Source: an uncultured Nitrospiraceae bacterium (lineage in GTDB: Bacteria; Nitrospirota; Nitrospiria; Nitrospirales; Nitrospiraceae). Taken from it: a stretch of 64,000 nt of DNA. How positions within the stretch are numbered: position 1 is the first letter of the stretch; every line of letters starts with the position of its first letter. Below the pieces are notes generated by a model that was not told where the DNA came from, made no database searches, and saw only the letters and a program-made list of their open reading frames with translations. The stretch lies in the NCBI GenBank assembly GCA_963730935.1, contig CAVSTP010000002.1:160001-224000 (forward strand), written 5' to 3'. Positions 27,271 to 36,633 of this stretch are shown piece by piece. The position numbers were made by a program, and so were the translations under genes.

Positions 27271-29622
27271 CTAGAACAGTCCCAGCGTCACACCACCGTA
27301 AATGGCTCGGCCGTACCCGGCAAAGAACGCCTGTTGCCCGGCCGCTTGCGCCGTGGTTTCCCCCGTGACCACCTGGCCTGACGCGGCATATTTCATGTTC
27401 GCGATGTTGTCCACTTGGAGATAGAACTTGGCAAAACGGAACCAGGAATTGTTCACCTCTACAGTCTTATGGACGTTCACCGTCCCGATGAAATATGAGG
27501 GAATCCCAAATGTATTATTGTTGTTCAAGAAGTAGCTGTTGAAGTAATTGCCTTCGACCCAGCCTCCCCATCCGGACGGTTGATGATCGTACTCTACCTT
27601 CAAGTTCAGAATATCGGTCGGCACGTTGGGCACGTTCTTTCCATCGCGCACCAAAAATCCTGCAGCGGTCCGGTCGGAAAAATTAATGTACTTGGCATCG
27701 ATATGCGTATAGGCTCCTGAGAAGCGCAATCCCGACAATGGACGCCAATCGTATCGCGCTTCGATTCCGCGGTACTGCGATGAGTCGGCATTGACCGAGG
27801 CCGTATTCGATCCGGAAATCGTCTGGGTGATGATTTCGTTCTTGAAGAACGTCCAAAACCCGACGAGTTCGACGATCAGATCCTTCGTCAGTCTCGATTC
27901 CGTGCCGATCTCATTATTCCAATTCTTCTGCGGCTTCAAATTGAAATTTGCCCCGGGGAGACCGGTGATCGGATCCCTCGTAAGATTGCCGAACGTCGGG
28001 ATAGCATATCCGGTCGAGCTCCTGATCCAATGCCGATAGCCTTCCGCCGGCTTCCATGTGAGTGATGCTTCAGGTGCCCAATTTGTGTAGTCGCGGGTCG
28101 CGCTGGGCCTCGACGCCACTGCGCCGGAATTGTCATAGTTGATGGTGTCAATGGTGAGTTGCGACTGCTCAAACCCAAGGCCTGCAGCCAGAATCCATTT
28201 TGGAACGAATTCCAGTTCCTCGCGAAAACGGCCTCCGATGTTATTGATTCTTCCCCGATTGTTCTGAAGCAACGTTCCTCTGGTTCCAAATCCGGTCGCC
28301 AGATTCTGGAACGTCTCTCCCTCCTGTTCCATATTATTCAGAAAGAAACCGACGTAACTTTTGAGCGGCATCTCTCCGAGTCGACCATCGTGTCGCAAGT
28401 CCGTGTAGGTCTTGTAGTTGGGATTGACGTTATCGGTGATTTGGGAGAAATATTGGTTGATGTCTTTCACGTCATAGTCGGCTTCGATCGTGAGCACCGT
28501 ATTGGCATTGAGTTGACGCTCGTACATGCCTCCGACGATCGTACGCCGATCGATACGCTGCTGATGGAGTAGTTCGGCATTCGCGCAGGCGGGATTGTAG
28601 GTTCCGGGTGTACAGGGCGTCTGGGCACCGCCGGCCTGGCGATCGTCCGCATTGAATTGCGCCTCCGTCAATCTGGTCGGTACGCGCGTATCCAACCAGT
28701 TTGAAATCGCCTTGAAATAAAAACTCTGCTTGTCGTCGATGGTGAACCGCAAATTGAAGTTCAAGGTCTGAGTATTGTAGTCGCTGTTTTTGATGAATCC
28801 ATCTTCGGCCACATTGCTGGCGAACAAGGATACATCAAGGTTTTGGTATTGCTTCCCTACGGCGAAGGCCTGCTTGAAAAAGCCATACGATCCTCCGGAC
28901 AGGAAGGTTTCAAAGCCGTTGATGTCGCTGCCGCGCCTGGTCCTGAAGTGGACCATGCCCCCGAGCGCGTAATTGTCGTACAGCGACGACGATGCCCCCC
29001 GGATAACCTCTGTGCTTCTCATGAACCAGGGGTCTTGCATGTCGAGTCGCGACAACCCGTCGGATTGCGTCTGGCTGAACCCGTCTTCGTAGATTTTGAT
29101 ATCACGAACCGCGAATGTGGTCTTCGCCCCCTGCCCACGGATCATGATGCTGAAGTCGCGCGGGCCGTTCGCCTGGCGAAGCGCGATGCCAGGTAGCGAC
29201 TGAAGTGACTCCTGCATCGTACGAGTCGGCTGGGAATCTGTCTCCGCCGGCACAGTGGCATCCAACGAGATTCCCTCGGGTCGTTTTTGCAGTCGGTTGC
29301 TGACGATGCTCATGTCGGCAAGGTCATAATGCGGTACTGCTGTTGCTTGAGCCTCCCCCGTCGCTTCAGGTTCGGCGTGTTCCTTGATGATAGCGGGGCG
29401 TTCGGCTTCCGGTTTGGCGCTCTCCTTTTGCTGCTGAATCTCGTCCAGTTCTTTCAATATATCGTTGAGCTGCTCGCGCAATTCCTGTTCGCGTGATGAG
29501 CCGGTCGGACCGGCGGACGGCGCATCCTGGGCGAACGCCTCGCCTCCTCCGGCCATGAATGTCGTCAGGCATCCGATCAAAATTGCGCATCTCAGCGCGA
29601 CGGCACCTATACGTTCAAACAT
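27271..29622 (-). CDS. TonB-dependent outer-membrane receptor
   Basis: AAGGAG RBS before ATG 29622; signal peptide; plug IRGQG, RGASSSLY; C-terminal GGVTLGLF. Confidence 0.9.
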   Translation of the reverse strand: MFERIGAVALRCAILIGCLTTFMAGGGEAFAQDAPSAGPTGSSREQELREQLNDILKELDEIQQQKESAKPEAERPAIIKEHAEPEATGEAQATAVPHYDLADMSIVSNRLQKRPEGISLDATVPAETDSQPTRTMQESLQSLPGIALRQANGPRDFSIMIRGQGAKTTFAVRDIKIYEDGFSQTQSDGLSRLDMQDPWFMRSTEVIRGASSSLYDNYALGGMVHFRTRRGSDINGFETFLSGGSYGFFKQAFAVGKQYQNLDVSLFASNVAEDGFIKNSDYNTQTLNFNLRFTIDDKQSFYFKAISNWLDTRVPTRLTEAQFNADDRQAGGAQTPCTPGTYNPACANAELLHQQRIDRRTIVGGMYERQLNANTVLTIEADYDVKDINQYFSQITDNVNPNYKTYTDLRHDGRLGEMPLKSYVGFFLNNMEQEGETFQNLATGFGTRGTLLQNNRGRINNIGGRFREELEFVPKWILAAGLGFEQSQLTIDTINYDNSGAVASRPSATRDYTNWAPEASLTWKPAEGYRHWIRSSTGYAIPTFGNLTRDPITGLPGANFNLKPQKNWNNEIGTESRLTKDLIVELVGFWTFFKNEIITQTISGSNTASVNADSSQYRGIEARYDWRPLSGLRFSGAYTHIDAKYINFSDRTAAGFLVRDGKNVPNVPTDILNLKVEYDHQPSGWGGWVEGNYFNSYFLNNNNTFGIPSYFIGTVNVHKTVEVNNSWFRFAKFYLQVDNIANMKYAASGQVVTGETTAQAAGQQAFFAGYGRAIYGGVTLGLF

Positions 29623-29652
29623 GATGCGGCTCCTTACGTCATGAACGACACG

Positions 29653-29692
29653 CGTCCACGGGCGCACTTATTGCCTTTGCGGACCGTGGACG
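29653..29692 (-). promoter_or_regulatory. hairpin between leader peptide 2 and the TBDR start
   Basis: CGTCCACGG ... CCGTGGACG perfect 9-bp stem plus inner CGCA/TGCG. Confidence 0.7.
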
Positions 29693-29722
29693 ATTTAGGA
29701 TGAATTTCGTTGGAGAAACGAG

Positions 29723-30025
29723 TCAGCGAGGAGGTCCGCGGGAATGTATCAGAGCGGCAAAGAGACGCGTCTGTGGTGCGGCGCTGTATAATCGCAGCAG
29801 AGCGACCACAGCAAAGACGACGCCAAGGGGAAGACCGGCATGAATGGTGATAGTGGGGTTGGCCTGGCAGGCCCAGGCACACAGCGCCGAGTGCGCTACG
29901 TGATCGGGGCTGTGGTGATGAGCCTGCTGTTCTGCATGTAGCAAGAGACAGCAAGAAGTGCCGATTGCCAGGACGGCATAGAGCACGACCATCCCAATGG
30001 CGAGTGGGGCAATCAGGCGTTTCAT
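29723..30025 (-). CDS. CutF/CruR-like (DUF2946-like) leader, putative ribosome-arrest peptide 2
   Basis: N-terminal hydrophobic signal, His-rich tract, LCAWAC, C-terminal RGPPR. Confidence 0.78.
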   Translation of the reverse strand: MKRLIAPLAIGMVVLYAVLAIGTSCCLLLHAEQQAHHHSPDHVAHSALCAWACQANPTITIHAGLPLGVVFAVVALLRLYSAAPQTRLFAALIHSRGPPR

Positions 30026-30594
30026 GGTTGCCGGTTGAGGACGTGTCGGACGAGGGCGATCGATTCTTGGCTGTCCCAGGCTCGGGGCCCCACGGCCCGG
30101 CCGAGCGCGTGACCGTTCTGATCGATCAACACGGTGGTCGGGAGTCCACGCACCGTGAAGAGGCGAGAGAGTTCCTGGTCTTCATCGAAGAGCACGGGCA
30201 GCTTGATGCCGAGATGATCGAGAAACTGCTTGATCCCTTTCGGATGGATGTCCGCGGTGACGGTCACCACGAGAACCTGTCCAGGGTCGAATTGCGACTG
30301 TAGCCGTGCGAGCGAGGGCATCTCCTCCTTGCACGGCCCGCACCAGGTGGCCCAAAAATTGAGCAACACGACCTTGCCTGCCAAATGCTGCGAACCTAGC
30401 GTATCGCCGTCGAGCGCCTTGAGATCAAATGCCACCGCCGGATCGCCTGCAGACGTTCGTGTCACACCGAGCGCCCCGAAGGGATCGCCTGCTGCGGAAG
30501 GGGCACCGTACAGCGGAGCGCCGGAACCCGACAGCCCCACACATGCGGCAACGACCACCGCACAAGCCATGCGCCGTAGTCTGCTACGGTCCAT
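30022..30594 (-). CDS. TlpA/ResA-like thiol-disulfide oxidoreductase
   Basis: LNFWATWCGPCKEEMP, VRGLPTT. Confidence 0.9.
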   Translation of the reverse strand: MDRSRLRRMACAVVVAACVGLSGSGAPLYGAPSAAGDPFGALGVTRTSAGDPAVAFDLKALDGDTLGSQHLAGKVVLLNFWATWCGPCKEEMPSLARLQSQFDPGQVLVVTVTADIHPKGIKQFLDHLGIKLPVLFDEDQELSRLFTVRGLPTTVLIDQNGHALGRAVGPRAWDSQESIALVRHVLNRQP

Positions 30595-31891
30595 TGGGTC
30601 GGATCTCCGCTTCTGCCACCGAGACTCCTGGCAACTGCATCGTCTGAACCACCAGACGATGAGCTGGCATCGCATGCTCTTTCCACCCCATCACCACCGT
30701 CCCCTGCTGATTGACGGCAATCGTCGGCGTTTGTCCGTTTTTTTCGTTGAGTTTTCGTGGCGCGCTAAATGACTGTCCTCGGTCGAGTGAATGGCTCATC
30801 ACGACTTCGCGGCGAACCGGTGATTGTTCCTCCCAGATCACGATGACTCGTCCCTCCGGATCGACGGCCATCTGAGGATGGTCGGGGAAAGTGCCCTTTG
30901 AACGGTTCAGCTGCCTTTTTTCGGAGAACCTCTTCCCTTGATCGTCAGAATAGGCCAGATAGATCGCGGGCGTCTCGTCGGCGCCTTCCGTATACCAAAC
31001 GACATAGAGACGTCCTGACTGGTCGACACCCAACGACGCTGGCCGGTGCGGGCAAGCCTGATACACCCATCGGTCATTGCCGACGACGACTGGCGGCAAA
31101 AACGTCTGTCCGCCGTCCGTCGATCGTGCGACCACGGTCTCACGGATGTTGCCGTCGAAAATTTTGCGCCAGGCGACATAGACGACCCCGTCGGCAGACA
31201 TGGCAATCGAAGTCCGGCAGCAGACACAGGTATTGTCATCAACTTTAAAGTTCTTCGTGATCGTTCGGCCCTGGTCTGTCGATCTTGCCACGAAGGTGCC
31301 GGGCTCCTTCTTCCCTTCCCGGCCGTCGATCCAGGCGAAATGCAGCACGCCGTCCGGAGCAACATTGAGCGCATCGAAAGTGTGCTGAATCACCTGGTCA
31401 TCGTCGTTGACCAATGTCGATGGGCCGAACGAGCGTCCGCCGTCAGTGGACCGACTCAGTCTCAACTCTCCCGAAAATGGCTTGTCGGGAGTCATCTTCG
31501 GATGGGTCATCGACCAGGTGACAAAGACGTCCTGGCCCCGGACGATGAGGGCCGGAGCCTCCTGGCGGTAATACGGACTTTCACCAGGCTGATTGACGGC
31601 GACTGGAGCGCCCAGCGGGCCGCCCGGCGCTTTCGATCGGGCGAACAGTATGGTGCGCGTGTCCTTGTCCTCTTCGACCCAAGCAGCCGCAATCATGCCT
31701 TCATCGTCGATCTGGACGGAGGGACCCACCACACCTTTTACATTATGTACCGTCACATATTTAGGTCCGAGTGCGAGAGAAGATTCCGGGGACTCGGCCG
31801 AGCGCAGTTCCGTCGACCACCCAACGGCAAGGGCAACGGCCACCGTGCACGCCCAGGACAGACGGTGTATTTTGTGTGATGGCTTGCTCAC
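30584..31891 (-). CDS. exported BNR/Asp-box (sialidase-fold) beta-propeller protein
   Basis: five S-x-D-x-G-x-[ST] Asp boxes; CVCC and ACPH motifs. Confidence 0.8.
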   Translation of the reverse strand: MSKPSHKIHRLSWACTVAVALAVGWSTELRSAESPESSLALGPKYVTVHNVKGVVGPSVQIDDEGMIAAAWVEEDKDTRTILFARSKAPGGPLGAPVAVNQPGESPYYRQEAPALIVRGQDVFVTWSMTHPKMTPDKPFSGELRLSRSTDGGRSFGPSTLVNDDDQVIQHTFDALNVAPDGVLHFAWIDGREGKKEPGTFVARSTDQGRTITKNFKVDDNTCVCCRTSIAMSADGVVYVAWRKIFDGNIRETVVARSTDGGQTFLPPVVVGNDRWVYQACPHRPASLGVDQSGRLYVVWYTEGADETPAIYLAYSDDQGKRFSEKRQLNRSKGTFPDHPQMAVDPEGRVIVIWEEQSPVRREVVMSHSLDRGQSFSAPRKLNEKNGQTPTIAVNQQGTVVMGWKEHAMPAHRLVVQTMQLPGVSVAEAEIRPNGP

Positions 31892-31906
31892 GGCATCCCC
31901 GCCCTT

Positions 31907-32923
31907 TTAATTCGCCAGGCTGTACACGATCGGAAGGCTCACGACGATCTCGGGTTTTCCGATAGCATGCTTCATATGCAGCGGGCACGCGAGTTTCACT
32001 GCTTCAATTGCGGCCGCATCTAGGATCTGATGGCCAGAACTTTTTTGAACGGAGACTTCGGCCAGATGGCCGTCGGCTCGAATGACGGCTTTCAAAATGA
32101 CTTTACCTTCTTGGCCGTTCAAGCGGGCCGAACTGGGATATCGCTTCAGCTCAGCGACCCGTCTCCAGAGCGACTCGGCGAGCCAGCGATGATCTACCTT
32201 GACGTCGGGTCCAGAGGCTGCTTTTGCGGTCTGCATCGGCGCTTCCTGCGAAGCGGAATTGGGAGGCGACGACACAGCCGACGCCGACTCCGCTGAAGAA
32301 ACGAGAGATTCTGACGCCGATGGTTTCGCGGGAGTTTCCATCGGCCGAGATTCGACCGCTTCTGTCGGCTGCCTGTGCGCAATCACCGGATCCGCAGGCG
32401 GAACCGAATCAGTTTCCCTCGGGGCCGTCACTTGTTCGGGCTGTGGCTTGGGAGCCTCGACGATCTGCTGGTCAACCGACTCGGCGATCTTTTCTTGAAC
32501 AGGCTTCACCGGCGCTGTTACCGGTTCGGTGTTCGCCGGTGGCGCCGGCTCTTCTCGCTGTTCGACCGGCTTCGGCGGCGGCGCCTCAGGATGCACCATC
32601 TGCACGGTTTGCTGCGGCGCAACCCGCTGCACGACGGTGTCCGGTACCGATTCGACAGGCCGCGAAGCGGCCACACGTGGGGGCGGTTGTACTGTCGGGA
32701 TGACCTGCTTGACCGGGTCCGGCGCTGGCAGTGGGGTTGGCTCCGATGTTGAATCCGATTTCACCGGCTCAACCAAGGCCACGTCCCACTTAAAGGGTTC
32801 TTCTTGAAAAACGGGTCGGACTTGGGCGGCAAAGAGCATCGCCAGGACGACCACGATCCCGTGTAGTGTCAGCGAGACACCCCAAGCGGGAATGAGAAAA
32901 CGATTTTCGTTCACGCACGTCAT
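31907..32923 (-). CDS. tonB: TonB family energy transducer
   Basis: SLTLH TM, Pro-rich linker, YP..AR..G.EG.V...SSG..LD.AA. Confidence 0.88.
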   Translation of the reverse strand: MTCVNENRFLIPAWGVSLTLHGIVVVLAMLFAAQVRPVFQEEPFKWDVALVEPVKSDSTSEPTPLPAPDPVKQVIPTVQPPPRVAASRPVESVPDTVVQRVAPQQTVQMVHPEAPPPKPVEQREEPAPPANTEPVTAPVKPVQEKIAESVDQQIVEAPKPQPEQVTAPRETDSVPPADPVIAHRQPTEAVESRPMETPAKPSASESLVSSAESASAVSSPPNSASQEAPMQTAKAASGPDVKVDHRWLAESLWRRVAELKRYPSSARLNGQEGKVILKAVIRADGHLAEVSVQKSSGHQILDAAAIEAVKLACPLHMKHAIGKPEIVVSLPIVYSLAN

Positions 32924-33010
32924 GCGGAAAGCACCATCTAATAGAGATTGCCCAGACGAGGCCGGTCCTCTGAGAAAACCGGACCAGAACGCGTATACCG
33001 TCAGACTAGG

Positions 33011-33319
33011 CTAGGTAAGGGGGTTCGGTGGACCGCGGGAGACGGGTGAAGAAGAGAAGTTGCTCGAACAGACGGACGGTGCACAGAATTCGAGAAGCGA
33101 GACCGGCGAACGCTCGACCAGCGCAGGAGCGGTCACCGTATCGAGGACCTGACCCGCGGCGCACATCCAGTTGCAAAGCACGGTAGCATGCGCGGCTTTA
33201 TGATGATGCGCGTGGTGAGATTCGTGTGAAATGGATTGCGCCGAGGCGAGCCCTCCGACAGCGAGCAGGCAGAGGACTAATAAGAGGGCGAGCGATTGCT
33301 TCATCAACCGAGGCGTCAT
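33011..33319 (-). CDS. CutF/CruR-like (DUF2946-like) leader, putative ribosome-arrest peptide 1
   Basis: signal peptide (ASA|Q), HESHHAHHH, LCNWMC, C-terminal RGPP. Confidence 0.78.
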   Translation of the reverse strand: MTPRLMKQSLALLLVLCLLAVGGLASAQSISHESHHAHHHKAAHATVLCNWMCAAGQVLDTVTAPALVERSPVSLLEFCAPSVCSSNFSSSPVSRGPPNPLT

Positions 33320-33512
33320 AGCGTTCCGCACTACCAAGACCGGTCGAGACGATGGTACCCAACCGGATGGGAGAGCGTCAAGCATGAGGGATCGGAACCC
33401 ATTGTCTTCCTGATAGGATTCAGAAAATGTTTCCGGTATACTGCCTGAACTGGGTTGCCGCCACCCCGGCATCCTCTCCATAACAAAGATCCGGAGCAAT
33501 CCCGAACGCACG

Positions 33513-36227
33513 ATGCTGACACAACTTCTGAATCTTATTTTCGGCAGCAAGAACGACCGTGAAATCAAGGCCTTGATGCCAATCGTCCAGCGCATCAACG
33601 CCCTGGAACCGGAGCTGACTCCGCTGTCCGATCACGCCCTGGCCGACAAAACGCAGGCCTTCAAGAAGCGCTTGGCTGTCGACGAAACCCTTGACGATAT
33701 TCTTCCTGAAGCGTTCGCGGTCTGTCGGGAGATGTCCCGCCGAAAGCTCAACATGCGGCATTTCGACGTGCAGCTGATCGGCGGAATGATCTTGCACAAG
33801 GGCCGGATCTCCGAAATGAAGACCGGCGAAGGCAAAACGCTCGTCGCGACGTTGCCGATCTATCTCAACGCCCTCGAGGGCAAAGGCGCCCATCTGGTCA
33901 CGGTCAACGACTACCTGGCTAAACGCGACGCACAGTGGATGGGGCAGCTCTACCATGCGCTCGGCCTCTCCACAGGCGTCATCCAGCATGATGCCTCGTT
34001 CATCTACGACCCGACGTACGATGCCGCCGACAAGCGGCTGCAGCATCTTCGCCCCTGCACCAGATTCGAGGCATACCGCGCCGACATTACGTACGGCACG
34101 AACAACGAATACGGGTTCGACTACCTTCGTGACAATCTCGTCGTGACGGCCTTGGATCAATGCGTGCAGCGCGAACTGAATTTCGGGATCGTGGACGAAG
34201 TGGATAGCATCCTGATCGACGAAGCACGGACGCCGCTGATCATTTCCGGCCCGACCGACCAGACGACGGACCTTTATTACCGCATCAATGCCATCATTCC
34301 GCAGCTCAAGCCGGAACACGACTACACGATAGAAGAGAAGACCAAGACCGCCGCGCTCACGGAAGAAGGCAATGTGCGCGTGGAAAAGCTATTGGGCGTC
34401 GACAATCTCTATGATGCCGACAACATGGATCTCGTGCACCACGTCGTGAAGGCCCTGCAGGCCTATGCGCTGTACAAGCGCGATGTGGACTATGTGGTCA
34501 AGGACGGGGAAGTGATCATCGTAGACGAATTCACCGGGCGATTGATGCCCGGACGTCGATGGAGCGACGGCTTGCACCAGGCGGTTGAAGCCAAAGAGGG
34601 CGTCAAAATCGCCAACGAGAATCAGACGCTGGCCTCGGTGACCTTCCAGAACTATTTCCGCATGTACAAGAAACTGGGCGGCATGACCGGCACGGCCGAC
34701 ACCGAGGCGGCGGAATTCGCAAAGATCTACAACCTTGACGTGAACGTCGTCCCGACAAACCGGAAAATGATCCGGCTGGACTATGCCGACGTCGTGTACC
34801 GCACGGAGAAGGAAAAATTCGCCGCGATCGTCGAAGAGATCAAGGACTGTCACCAACGGGGACAGCCGGTACTGGTCGGCACGATCTCCATCGAGAAATC
34901 GGAAAAAATTGCCGGCATGCTCAACCGCAACGGCATCAAACACAACGTGCTCAACGCAAAACAGCACGAACGGGAAGCCGAGATCGTCGCGCAGGCCGGC
35001 CGCAAGGGCGCCGTGACGATCGCGACGAACATGGCGGGACGCGGGACGGACATCCTTTTAGGCGGCAATGCCGACTTCATGTTCAAGCAGGTCCTCTATC
35101 GTGAGGAAGACTTGCCGGACGAGCGGAAGCTTACCGTCTATGAAGAGATCCGCACGGATTGCGAGAAGAACAAGCAGGAGGTGCTCGGCCTCGGCGGACT
35201 CCATATCCTGGGAACGGAACGGCACGAGAGCCGCCGTATCGACAACCAGCTGCGAGGCCGTGCGGGCCGTCAGGGCGATCCGGGCTCGTCCCGGTTCTAT
35301 CTGTCGCTTGAAGACGACCTGATGCGCATCTTCGCTTCCGAACGTGTCTCGCAGCTCATGCTCAAGCTCGGCATGGAAGAAGGCATCCCGATCGAGCACG
35401 GGATGGTTACGCGCGCCATTGCCAACGCCCAAAAGAAGGTCGAAGCGCACAATTTTGAGATCCGCAAACAACTGCTTGAGTACGACGACGTCATGAACAA
35501 GCAGCGGGAAGTGATCTACCAGCACCGACGGGCTGTCCTGAGCGGCGAAAACCTGTCTGACGACCTGCGACAGATGATGGGAGCGATGGTCGAGTCCGCG
35601 CTCAATGTCTATTGCCCTGCCGAACAGTATCCGGAAGAGTGGGACATGAAAGGTCTCACCGAGATGATGCAGGGCCAGTTCGGGCTGGACATCACGCAAG
35701 GTAAGCAGGACAGCGGCGAATCGCTCAGGGACGTCGGCCGGGACGCGCTCCTTGAAGATCTGAAGGCCCAGGTCCAGGACGCCTGCGAACGGAAGGAAAA
35801 GGAACTGGGGCCGGAACTCATGCGGTTCCTGGAGAAGAATTTCATGCTGCAGGTGATCGACCATCATTGGAAGGACCATCTGCTGGCGATGGACCATTTA
35901 CGCGACGGCATCGGCCTGCGCGGGTACGGCCAGAAAGATCCGCTGATCGAATACAAACGCGAAGGATACGACCTATTCGCCGGCATGATGGAACGCATTA
36001 AGTCGGACACCATCGAACGGCTCTTCCTGGTGCAAGCCGTTCGTGAAGGTGAGCGCTCCGCCCCTCCGCCTCCCGTGATATCACGGCCGCAGCCGAAACT
36101 CACGTTGAATCGCGGGGAAGAACCGGTTTCCACGCAAACAGTCCATCGCAGTGACGATAAGGTGGGGCGCAATGACCCCTGTCCCTGTGGCTCCGGCAAA
36201 AAATATAAGAAGTGCCACGGGGCGTAG
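33513..36227 (+). CDS. secA: preprotein translocase ATPase SecA
   Basis: [49 protein letters not shown]. Confidence 0.98.
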   Translation: MLTQLLNLIFGSKNDREIKALMPIVQRINALEPELTPLSDHALADKTQAFKKRLAVDETLDDILPEAFAVCREMSRRKLNMRHFDVQLIGGMILHKGRISEMKTGEGKTLVATLPIYLNALEGKGAHLVTVNDYLAKRDAQWMGQLYHALGLSTGVIQHDASFIYDPTYDAADKRLQHLRPCTRFEAYRADITYGTNNEYGFDYLRDNLVVTALDQCVQRELNFGIVDEVDSILIDEARTPLIISGPTDQTTDLYYRINAIIPQLKPEHDYTIEEKTKTAALTEEGNVRVEKLLGVDNLYDADNMDLVHHVVKALQAYALYKRDVDYVVKDGEVIIVDEFTGRLMPGRRWSDGLHQAVEAKEGVKIANENQTLASVTFQNYFRMYKKLGGMTGTADTEAAEFAKIYNLDVNVVPTNRKMIRLDYADVVYRTEKEKFAAIVEEIKDCHQRGQPVLVGTISIEKSEKIAGMLNRNGIKHNVLNAKQHEREAEIVAQAGRKGAVTIATNMAGRGTDILLGGNADFMFKQVLYREEDLPDERKLTVYEEIRTDCEKNKQEVLGLGGLHILGTERHESRRIDNQLRGRAGRQGDPGSSRFYLSLEDDLMRIFASERVSQLMLKLGMEEGIPIEHGMVTRAIANAQKKVEAHNFEIRKQLLEYDDVMNKQREVIYQHRRAVLSGENLSDDLRQMMGAMVESALNVYCPAEQYPEEWDMKGLTEMMQGQFGLDITQGKQDSGESLRDVGRDALLEDLKAQVQDACERKEKELGPELMRFLEKNFMLQVIDHHWKDHLLAMDHLRDGIGLRGYGQKDPLIEYKREGYDLFAGMMERIKSDTIERLFLVQAVREGERSAPPPPVISRPQPKLTLNRGEEPVSTQTVHRSDDKVGRNDPCPCGSGKKYKKCHGA

Positions 36228-36230
36228 GAT

Positions 36231-36432
36231 AGGATCGCTGCGCCCGCCTCTCCCACGCGTCAATTCGACCGTTCTAGATCTCACTACTGCTTGGCATCGA
36301 AACTAGTTCCGTTCCATGCGAGGCATGAACGGAACGTCGAACATCGACGCCACTCGCTTTCAGCGAGCCGCATCCGTTCGACAGAACGGTTCCCGAATTG
36401 CCGCAAAGGTCGAGAGATGGCGCAGCGGTCCT
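36231..36432. repeat. structured intergenic element copy A (~200-nt branched rod)
   Basis: nested stems AGGATCGCTGCGCC/GGCGCAGCGGTCCT, CAATTCG/CGAATTG, ACCGTTCT/AGAACGGT, GTTCCGTT/AACGGAAC. Confidence 0.75.
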
Positions 36433-36633
36433 TGAAGGAGGACGAAGATAGTGAGTGGGTCCCGGCTTCTCCGGCAAAGTAAGCGAATAGCTCAGCGGCG
36501 TGCTAAGAGGGTGGAATCCTGCCCCCAGCCTTCGCGATTCGCAAATCCCGGACTAACGAGGCCGGAAGGGTGAGGGAGGACAAAGAACGGTGTTCGATTA
36601 TTGAGTGAGATTCGGAATCATCCATCCTTCCCA

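Noticed and set aside
33320..33598. N-terminal 93 codons of the 195-aa ORF in the track
   Set aside because: They overlap the secA start and the intergenic promoter region; the signal peptide begins at 33319/33304.
33011..36227. Leader1 as a SecM-like regulator of secA
   Set aside because: It is transcribed divergently from secA; its downstream gene is tonB.
36483..36542. tRNA-like or cobalamin-riboswitch-like fragment (GCGAATAGCTCAGCGG...GGTGGAATCCTGCCCCC)
   Set aside because: No cloverleaf, anticodon arm or TTC loop can be built, and the B12-box is missing.
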